Source: Pseudomonadota bacterium (GTDB lineage: Bacteria; Pseudomonadota; Gammaproteobacteria; Steroidobacterales; Steroidobacteraceae). From it: a DNA stretch of 64,000 nt. Made by a program: the position numbers and the translations under genes. Positions 43,924-50,654 of the stretch are shown piece by piece. Numbering within the stretch: the stretch's first letter is position 1; the number at the start of each line of letters is the position of its first letter. Below the pieces are notes generated by a model, which did no database searches, was not told where the DNA came from, and saw only the letters and a program-made list of their open reading frames with translations. The DNA is taken from NCBI GenBank assembly GCA_039800965.1, contig JBDLPS010000221.1, positions 5,877-69,876 of the forward strand. The letters run 5' to 3'.

Positions 43924-44271
43924 ATGTACGAGGCACGGCACGAGCGTCCGCTTCACCGCCGCGGATTCGTCCGTCGTCTCGTTGCTCATGCCGGCGCCGC
44001 CGTTGCGCTCGTCACGGGCTCGCTTTGCCTCGGCATGGTCGGGTACATGCATTACGAAGGGTTGCCGGCGGTCGATGCCTTCCTCAACGCCGCCATGCTG
44101 CTCGGTGGCATGGGGCCGGTCGACGTGCCCCGCAGCGTCGCCGGCAAGCTGTTCGCCGGCGCCTATGCCCTGTATGCCGGCCTGATGTTCCTCGTCACCG
44201 CTGCCCTGATGTTCACGCCGGTGATGCACCGCCTCCTCCATCGCTTCCACTGGACCGAAGACGAGCGCTGA
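43924..44271 (+). CDS. Small 2-TM ion-channel-pore-like membrane protein
   Basis: 115 aa arranged as TM1 (AAVALVTGSLCLGMVGY), a pore-helix-like AVDAFLNAAMLLGGMGPVD and TM2 (LFAGAYALYAGLMFLVTAALMF). The K-channel filter position (TVGYG) reads LLGGMG. Confidence 0.5.
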   Translation: MYEARHERPLHRRGFVRRLVAHAGAAVALVTGSLCLGMVGYMHYEGLPAVDAFLNAAMLLGGMGPVDVPRSVAGKLFAGAYALYAGLMFLVTAALMFTPVMHRLLHRFHWTEDER

Positions 44272-44282
44272 CCCTGTCACCG

Positions 44283-44297
44283 CCCCGCCGGGCGGGG
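44283..44297 (+). terminator. Short GC hairpin with downstream T-run after the 40346-44271 operon
   Basis: ccccgc-cgg-gcgggg begins 12 nt after the stop at 44271. A gtgtttt run follows a few nt downstream. Confidence 0.4.
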
Positions 44298-44367
44298 TAG
44301 ACCGGTGTTTTCGAGGGGCGTTTCCCTACCTTGCGGCGGACCGGCGATTCCCCGAACGTCTGCCCCC

Positions 44368-44997
44368 GTGAAATACCGTGGCCCTCAATCCGCGTTCCTG
44401 CTGTGCCTGGTCCTCGCTTCGCGGGCGGCCTTCGCGGACATCTTCATGTTCGTGGATGCCTCGGGCGCGGTGCATTACAGCGACGTGCCGGACGACCCCC
44501 GATACGAGGTCGTGGCCCGGACCCCGGCCCGCGAAGGGGAGCAGCCGCAACCCGTGCCGGGACTGGCCCCGGGCGCGACCCCCACCGCCTATGACGCGGC
44601 CATCCATGTGGCATCGGCCGCGGCGGAGGTGCCCCCGGCGCTCGTCCGGGCCGTCATCACGGTGGAATCGGGCTTCAATCCCAGGGCCCAGTCGCGGGCC
44701 GGCGCGAAGGGCCTGATGCAACTGATGCCGGAGACCGCCCGCCGCTATGGGGTCTCCGATGCCTTCGATCCGGAACAGAACATACAGGGTGGAACCCGCT
44801 ACCTGGCGGACCTGATTGCCCGGTTCGGACGTGAAAACCTTGAACTGGTACTCGCTGCGTACAACGCGGGCGAGACGGCCGTCGCAAAGTACGGCAATCG
44901 AATCCCGCCCTATCGCGAAACGCTGCATTATGTCCCCAATGTGATACGTCTCTTCCGGGCCCTGAGCGCCCGCGAGACCAGGACGGCTGGAGGATGA
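44368..44997 (+). CDS. DUF4124 + SLT-domain lytic transglycosylase, exported
   Basis: A GTG at 44368 gives VKYRGPQSAFLLCLVLASRAAFA as a signal; the track start is GTG 44305. The DUF4124-like segment is DIFMFVDASGAVHYSDVP. The SLT catalytic region is ESGFNPRAQSRAGAKGLMQLMPETA. The stop overlaps the gspG ATG (ATGA). Confidence 0.8.
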   Translation: MKYRGPQSAFLLCLVLASRAAFADIFMFVDASGAVHYSDVPDDPRYEVVARTPAREGEQPQPVPGLAPGATPTAYDAAIHVASAAAEVPPALVRAVITVESGFNPRAQSRAGAKGLMQLMPETARRYGVSDAFDPEQNIQGGTRYLADLIARFGRENLELVLAAYNAGETAVAKYGNRIPPYRETLHYVPNVIRLFRALSARETRTAGG

Positions 44998-45434
44998 GCG
45001 GCATGAGGACGAGGTACGGAGCGCGGAAGGCGCAGGCGGGATTCACCCTGCTGGAGCTGCTGGTGGTCATGGTGATCATCGGCTTGCTCGCGGGCTTTGT
45101 TGCGCCGCGATATTTCGCCCAGGTCGGCAAATCCGAGGTCAAGGCGGCCCGGGCCCAGATCGATGCCCTCGACAAGGCCCTCGAGCAGTACCGCATCGAC
45201 ATGGGTCACCTGCCGAGTGCGTCGCAGGGGCTGGAGGCACTCAACGTGGCGCCGCAGGGCGAGACGGGCTGGTCCGGTCCCTACCTCAAGAAGGCCGTGC
45301 CGCTGGATCCCTGGGGCAATGCCTACGTCTATGCCGTTCCCGGCACGCACGGCAACGACTTCGACCTCTTCTCGTTCGGCAAGGATGGTCGCGAAGGCGG
45401 CAAGGGCGAGGACGCGGACATCGGGAACTGGTGA
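44994..45434 (+). CDS. gspG: Type II secretion major pseudopilin GspG
   Basis: The prepilin leader ends at G|FTLLELLVVMVIIGLLAG with Glu at +5. The GspG-type C-terminus is DPWGNAYVYAVPGTHGNDFDLFSFGKDGREGG. Confidence 0.9.
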   Translation: MSGMRTRYGARKAQAGFTLLELLVVMVIIGLLAGFVAPRYFAQVGKSEVKAARAQIDALDKALEQYRIDMGHLPSASQGLEALNVAPQGETGWSGPYLKKAVPLDPWGNAYVYAVPGTHGNDFDLFSFGKDGREGGKGEDADIGNW

Positions 45435-45437
45435 CCG

Positions 45438-46622
45438 ATGCGCTTCAGGGTCAAAGCCATCGGCCCGGCGCGGGATGTGGTGTCCTGTGTCATCGAGGCG
45501 GCGGACGAGGGTGACGCGCGGCGCCAGGCGTCTGCTTCGGGCCTCGCGCCGTTGTCCGTCGCGCGCGAACGCACGCTGGCCTTCGGGGTGGCGCGCGGCC
45601 GGCTGGATCTCGTGACCTTCAGCCAGGAGCTCGTGGCCCTGGTCGAGGCGGGGCTCTCCCTCGTCGAATCCATCGAGACGCTCGCCGAGAAGGAAGCCAA
45701 TCCGGTGGTGCGCCGATCCATGGAACAGATCCTCGCGAGGCTCCGTGAAGGACGCACGCTGGGGGCGGCGCTCGCCGAACACCCGGCCCTGTTCCCGCCA
45801 CTCTATGTGTCCACGGTCAGGGCCAGCGAGCGCACCGGCGCGCTGCGGGAATCGCTGCTGCGTTTCGTGGCCTACCAGAAGCAGGTCGATGTACTGCGCA
45901 AGAGCCTCGTCAATGCCTCCATCTACCCGGCGGTGCTGTGCGTCGCCGGTCTGCTGGTCGTCGGATTCCTCATGGGTTACGTCGTGCCGCGTTTCAGCGC
46001 GCTGTACGAGGACATGGGCAGCGGCCTGCCATTCGCCTCGCGCATGCTCATGCGCTGGGGCCGCTTCATGGATGCGCATGCGATGGGCATGCTCGTCGGC
46101 GTCGTGGCGCTGGTCGCCGGCGCCGTCTACGTGTTCACCCGCGCATCGTTCCGGGCCGCGATCGGCGCGCGCATCGCACGGATCCCGCATCTTGGCGAAC
46201 GGATCCGCATCTACCAGCTGGCACGCCTGTACCGGACGATCGGCATGCTGCAGCGGGGCGGCACACCGATGGTGACCGCGATGCGCATGTCGGACGGCCT
46301 TCTGGGCGCCGAACTGCGCGAACCCTTCGAACGTTCCATCCGCTGGGTGCGGGAAGGCCGCTCCGTGGCCGATGCCATGGAAGAAGCCGGACTGACCACG
46401 CCCGTGGCGACGCGCATGCTCCGCGTGGGCGAGCGCAGCGGCAACATGGGCGAGATGATGGAGCGCATCGCCGCGTTCTACGACGAGGAACTCGCGCGCT
46501 GGGTGGGCTTTGTCACGCGTCTCGTCGAACCGCTGCTGATGAGCGTCATCGGCATCGCCATCGGTGTCATCGTCGTGTTGATGTACTTCCCCATCTTCGA
46601 GCTCGCGGGGAGCATCCAGTGA
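45438..46622 (+). CDS. gspF: GspF/PilC-family inner-membrane platform protein
   Basis: 394 aa with two T2SSF-type repeats (FSQELVALVEAGLSL...; LARLYRTIGMLQRGGTPM...) and three TM segments. Confidence 0.88.
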   Translation: MRFRVKAIGPARDVVSCVIEAADEGDARRQASASGLAPLSVARERTLAFGVARGRLDLVTFSQELVALVEAGLSLVESIETLAEKEANPVVRRSMEQILARLREGRTLGAALAEHPALFPPLYVSTVRASERTGALRESLLRFVAYQKQVDVLRKSLVNASIYPAVLCVAGLLVVGFLMGYVVPRFSALYEDMGSGLPFASRMLMRWGRFMDAHAMGMLVGVVALVAGAVYVFTRASFRAAIGARIARIPHLGERIRIYQLARLYRTIGMLQRGGTPMVTAMRMSDGLLGAELREPFERSIRWVREGRSVADAMEEAGLTTPVATRMLRVGERSGNMGEMMERIAAFYDEELARWVGFVTRLVEPLLMSVIGIAIGVIVVLMYFPIFELAGSIQ

Positions 46623-48286
46623 TGGCGTTGCCCGACGCCGACCTGATGGCTGCGGCGCTGGCGCAGGCGCGCGCGGATTCCGTGCCGCTGCCGGAGATAC
46701 TGGCGGACCGGCTGGGCGTGGATCTCGCCGAGGCGACGGAAGCCGCGGCACGCCTGATGGATCTGCCTTTCCTCGGTGCGACGGACCTGCTGTCGCTCGA
46801 GCCGGCCTTCGACGTGCTGTCCCATCCGGATTGCTCGCGACACCACTGCTTCGTCGCGCGCGACGGCGAGCGGCAGGTCGCGGTGGTGGACGATCCGTTC
46901 AACCTCGTGCTGCGGGGCTGGATCGAGGCGCGCGTTCCCGGCGCCCTGTCCTGGGCGGTCGCTTCCCGCGCCGAGATCCTCGCCTGCGTGGCGCGCCATG
47001 AAAGCTCGATGCGCGCGCTGGACGCCACCATCGCCGGCAGCGACACGGTCGTCGCCGACGACGTCGAGGTCGAGAACCTGTCGCTTGCCTCGATCAGCCG
47101 GCACGACAGCCCCATCGTCAAGCTGGTTCATTCCACTCTTTATGACGCGCTCCGTGCCGGCGCGAGCGATGTCCACCTCGAGACCGTGGGCAACGGCCTC
47201 GTGGTCCGATATCGCATCGACGGCGTGCTGGTGCAGATCGCACAGGTCGGTGGCGGCGAAGTCTCCGAGCAGGTGATCTCGCGCATCAAGGTCATGGCGG
47301 AGCTCGACATTTCCGAGCGGCGCATCCCGCAGGATGGTCGCTTCAAGGTCGCCATCGACGGTAGGCCGACCGACTTCCGCGTCTCCATCATCCCGAGCGT
47401 GTTCGGCGAGGACGCCGTACTGCGTGTGCTGGACAAGCAGGCCCTGACTGAAAAGGTGCACGGACTGACGCTGGCTGGCCTGGGCTTCGAAGGCGACCTC
47501 GTCACGCGCCTGCGCAGGCTGAGCAACCTGCCTTACGGCATGTTGCTGGTCACCGGCCCTACCGGCAGCGGCAAGACCACGACGCTCTATGCGGCGATTT
47601 CCGAATCGCAGACGGGGCGCGACAAGATCATCACCATCGAGGATCCGGTCGAGTACCAGTTGCCCGGCGTGCTGCAGATCCCGGTGAACGAGAAGAAGGG
47701 GCTGACGTTCGCGCGCGGCCTGCGGTCCATCCTGCGCCACGATCCCGACAAGATCATGGTCGGCGAAATCCGCGACCCGGACACCGCGCAGATCGCTATC
47801 CAGTCGGCGCTGACAGGTCACCTCGTCTTCACGACGGTGCACGCCAACAATGTCTTCGATGTCATGGGGCGTTTCGTCCACATGGGCGTCGATACCTACA
47901 GTTTCGTCGCCGCCCTGAGCGGCATCCTGGCGCAGCGGCTCGTGAGGCTGGTCTGCGAGGGCTGCGCCGAGGTCGTCCAGCCCGACGCGGCCCTGCTGGC
48001 CGAATCGCAGCTCGACGCTGCGGATTGCAGCCATTTCCTTTTCCGGACGGGCCGGGGATGCGGCCAGTGTCGGGGCACCGGCTACCGTGGCCGCAAGGCG
48101 GTTGCCGAGCTGCTGGTGCTGGACGACGAGATCCGCGAGGCGATCATCGCCCGCGCGCCGGTGCGCCAGCTCAAGGCCCTGGCCCAGAAGTCCGGCATCC
48201 GCCTCATCCGCGAAGCCGCGCTGGACCTCGTCCGCCGTGGCGAGACGACGCTCGAGGAGGTGAACCGTGTCACCACGCTGGCGTGA
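46622..48286 (+). CDS. gspE: GspE/PilB-family secretion ATPase
   Basis: Starts MALPDADLMAAALAQ at ATG 46622, sharing 1 nt with the gspF stop. It has a T2SSE_N-like N-domain, Walker A GPTGSGKTTTLYA, Asp box and His box. A tetracysteine CEGC...CGQC is typical of GspE. The 782-aa track ORF is a run-on. Confidence 0.9.
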   Translation: MALPDADLMAAALAQARADSVPLPEILADRLGVDLAEATEAAARLMDLPFLGATDLLSLEPAFDVLSHPDCSRHHCFVARDGERQVAVVDDPFNLVLRGWIEARVPGALSWAVASRAEILACVARHESSMRALDATIAGSDTVVADDVEVENLSLASISRHDSPIVKLVHSTLYDALRAGASDVHLETVGNGLVVRYRIDGVLVQIAQVGGGEVSEQVISRIKVMAELDISERRIPQDGRFKVAIDGRPTDFRVSIIPSVFGEDAVLRVLDKQALTEKVHGLTLAGLGFEGDLVTRLRRLSNLPYGMLLVTGPTGSGKTTTLYAAISESQTGRDKIITIEDPVEYQLPGVLQIPVNEKKGLTFARGLRSILRHDPDKIMVGEIRDPDTAQIAIQSALTGHLVFTTVHANNVFDVMGRFVHMGVDTYSFVAALSGILAQRLVRLVCEGCAEVVQPDAALLAESQLDAADCSHFLFRTGRGCGQCRGTGYRGRKAVAELLVLDDEIREAIIARAPVRQLKALAQKSGIRLIREAALDLVRRGETTLEEVNRVTTLA

Positions 48287-49070
48287 CGTGATCGCCGTCC
48301 ATCTTTCCCCCGGCCGCAGCGCGATGGTCCGCGAGGGCAGGGGGCTCCGGCCCGCGCCTGCCGTCCATGACGCCTGGGTTGCCGGTGATGCGCAGGCTGC
48401 CGACTGGAACCCCGTGCTCGATGCGCTCGATGCACGGCTCGAGGACGTCGCAAGCCGCGGTGCCGCGGTATCTGTGGTCATCGGCGACGCCTGGGTGCGT
48501 TACGTGGCCGTCCCCGCTTCCGCGCAACTGCTTCGCAATGCCGAGCGGCTGGCGCACGCCCGCCATCTGTTCACTGAAACGCTGGGTGAGTCGGCTGCCG
48601 ACTGGGATGTCGCGCTTGCCACGAACTGGCCCGGCGCGCCGACCATCGCCTGCGCCATGCCACGGGAACTCGTCGAAGGTCTGCGTGCGGGCCTGGCGCG
48701 ACATGGCTGTCGCCTGGTATCGCTGCTGCCGCAGCTCGTTGCTGCGTACGGCACCTGGCGTCGAACCTTGCCGGACCGTGGTTTCTGGTTCGCCTCGGTG
48801 TCGGACACGGCTTTGTCTGCCGTGCACGTCGGCGCATCGGGTTTCGATGCCGCCTACAGCCTCCGTTCCGGTGTTGCATGGCGGGAGGACTTCCGTCGGC
48901 TGCGTCGCCTGCATGAACTCGGGGGTGGCGCGAGCGGTGAGCCGGCTTTCGCCGATGTGCCGTCCGTGTTGCACGGTAAAGAGGAGGCCGGGTGCACCCT
49001 GCTGGCGGATGCGACGGCATCGCGCGACCTCAAGGGTCGCTTGATGCTGTGGCGGAGGCAGGAGGCATGA
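48267..49070 (+). CDS. Hypothetical assembly protein in the GspL-cytoplasmic / PilM position
   Basis: GTG start with a GAGGAGG RBS, overlapping gspE by 20 nt. 267 aa with no TM helix. I see no recognisable motif; the assignment is by position only. Confidence 0.5.
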   Translation: MSPRWRDVIAVHLSPGRSAMVREGRGLRPAPAVHDAWVAGDAQAADWNPVLDALDARLEDVASRGAAVSVVIGDAWVRYVAVPASAQLLRNAERLAHARHLFTETLGESAADWDVALATNWPGAPTIACAMPRELVEGLRAGLARHGCRLVSLLPQLVAAYGTWRRTLPDRGFWFASVSDTALSAVHVGASGFDAAYSLRSGVAWREDFRRLRRLHELGGGASGEPAFADVPSVLHGKEEAGCTLLADATASRDLKGRLMLWRRQEA

Positions 49071-49591
49071 GCGCCCCGCGTTTCGAAATGGATTTCGCCC
49101 GCCGGCCTTACCGAGGTGGCGCCGCCGGCGTCCTGTTCGCCGTGCTGGGTGTGCTGCTGCTGGCCCTGACGCTTGCCTGGCAGCAGCGGCTGGATACGCG
49201 TCTGGCCGGGTTGGAACTGCGCAGCGCCGACTTGCAGCGCCGCCAGCAGGCCGCCGGATCGGCACCGCCGGTCGCCGGCCTGCAGCGCGCGCCACGTACC
49301 GCGACCTTGCTGGCGGTGCCTTGGTCGCCGTTGCTCGCCGGGCTCGAAAAGGCCAGCGCACAGCAGCGCGCGGACGTGGCGATACTCGCCATCGAACCCG
49401 ATGTCGCGCGACGCCGACTCAAGCTGTCGGGCGAGGCCCGCAATTTCAATGCCGTCGTGGAATACGTCGGGCGCCTGCAACGCATGAAATCGTTGCGACA
49501 TCCGATGCTCGAATCACATGAGATCCGGCTGGACGACGAGTACAAGCCGGTGCGCTTCCAGCTGACCGCCGAATGGGTGGACGCGCCATGA
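49067..49591 (+). CDS. Bitopic membrane protein in the PilN / GspL-TM position
   Basis: ATGA overlap with the upstream gene. It has a short cytoplasmic N-terminus and a single TM helix (GVLFAVLGVLLLALTLAW). A coiled-coil-like segment (LAGLELRSADLQRRQQ) follows. Confidence 0.55.
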   Translation: MSAPRFEMDFARRPYRGGAAGVLFAVLGVLLLALTLAWQQRLDTRLAGLELRSADLQRRQQAAGSAPPVAGLQRAPRTATLLAVPWSPLLAGLEKASAQQRADVAILAIEPDVARRRLKLSGEARNFNAVVEYVGRLQRMKSLRHPMLESHEIRLDDEYKPVRFQLTAEWVDAP

Positions 49592-50133
49592 CCTTGCAGG
49601 TCCGGATTTCACCGGCGCGACTGGTGGCTGTTGTCGAACAGGTGCTGCGCTCGGCCGGCCTGCCGCTGGTTGCCGGCGCCTGCCTGGTCGTTGCGGCGGC
49701 GGGCATCCTCGGCCTGCGGACGTTGCCGACGCGTGCTGCCATCGCGGCGCTCGACGGTCGCCTGCAGCAGCAGGTCGCTGCAGCCCGGGCGTTGCCGGCA
49801 CCGGCCAAGGCCGCCAAGGCGCAGGCACTGCCGCTGCGCGACCAGGCGCCACAGGTCGTCGAGCGCATCATGCGCGAAGCCGTCGCCGCCGAGGTCGATC
49901 TGGCGAGCGCCAAGTATGAATTCGTGGCGGCGCGTGACGGGATGCTGGCCCGCTATGCCATGACTTTCCCGGTGCATGCTTCGTACCCGAAGTTGCGCCG
50001 CTTCATCGACAAGGTGCTCGCGGGCGAGCCGTCCGTGGCCATCGAATCGCTGCGCATCGAGCGCAAGTCGATCGGCGTGAAGACGGTCGATGCCGAACTC
50101 CGCCTGTCGCTCTTCCTCGGGGAGGGGCAGTGA
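49588..50133 (+). CDS. Bitopic membrane protein in the PilO / GspM position
   Basis: ATGA overlap at 49588; an alternative ATG is at 49573. It has a single TM helix (LPLVAGACLVVAAAGILGL). The periplasmic domain ends VDAELRLSLF, a ferredoxin-like PilO/GspM-type pattern. Confidence 0.55.
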   Translation: MTLQVRISPARLVAVVEQVLRSAGLPLVAGACLVVAAAGILGLRTLPTRAAIAALDGRLQQQVAAARALPAPAKAAKAQALPLRDQAPQVVERIMREAVAAEVDLASAKYEFVAARDGMLARYAMTFPVHASYPKLRRFIDKVLAGEPSVAIESLRIERKSIGVKTVDAELRLSLFLGEGQ

Positions 50134-50654
50134 TGTCGCCGGCCCTCCGCTTGCGATTGCTGCTGGCCGGCGCCGCGATCGTCGCGGCCTACGTGTTCCT
50201 GGTGCCGTCGCCGGAGGATGCCTCGGTGGTTGAACCGGTCGCGGCCAGCGCTTCGTCCCGGCGTGCCCCGGTCCCTGCCGGGCGCGCCGCGGATGCGCGG
50301 GCTGCAACGTTCACCCGGCGCGACGCGCCATCGGACGATGCGGAGGCTTTCTTCGACGGCCAGACGTGGTTCGTGCCGCCGCCACCGCCACCGCCACCGC
50401 CACCGCCGCCGCCACCGCCGCCGCCACCACCACCCACGGCGCCGCCGTTGCCCTTCAAGGCCATCGGCAGCCTGGAACCGGTGGGCGCGCCCGCCGTGGT
50501 GTTCCTGCTGCGGGGCGAAAAACTCTACGACGTCCACGTGGGAGACACGCTGGACGCCGTGTACACGGTCGATTCGTTCGACAACAACACGCTGACCCTG
50601 ACCTACAAACCGCTGAACGTGCAGCAGACGCTGACGATCGGAGACGCGCGGTGA
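50130..50654 (+). CDS. Bitopic protein in the PilP / GspC position with a 20-residue polyproline tract
   Basis: N-terminal TM helix is LRLLLAGAAIVAAYVFLV. V-P20-TAPPLP is followed by a beta-rich approximately 70-aa C-domain (FKAIGSL...VVFLLRGEKLYDVHVGDTL...TLTY). That domain resembles the secretin-binding HR/PilP fold. Confidence 0.55.
   Translation: MMSPALRLRLLLAGAAIVAAYVFLVPSPEDASVVEPVAASASSRRAPVPAGRAADARAATFTRRDAPSDDAEAFFDGQTWFVPPPPPPPPPPPPPPPPPPPPTAPPLPFKAIGSLEPVGAPAVVFLLRGEKLYDVHVGDTLDAVYTVDSFDNNTLTLTYKPLNVQQTLTIGDAR
50376..50435 (+). repeat. 60-nt CCG/CCA proline-codon microsatellite (P20)
   Basis: I counted 20 consecutive Pro codons by hand: ccg ccg cca ccg cca ccg cca ccg cca ccg ccg ccg cca ccg ccg ccg cca cca cca ccc. 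The first half is an almost pure (CCGCCA)n hexamer. Confidence 0.95.

Noticed and set aside
50189-50464. Antisense ORF encoding a poly-glycine run (G28-like).
   Set aside because: It is simply the reverse complement of the proline microsatellite in the sense-strand PilP/GspC-position gene.
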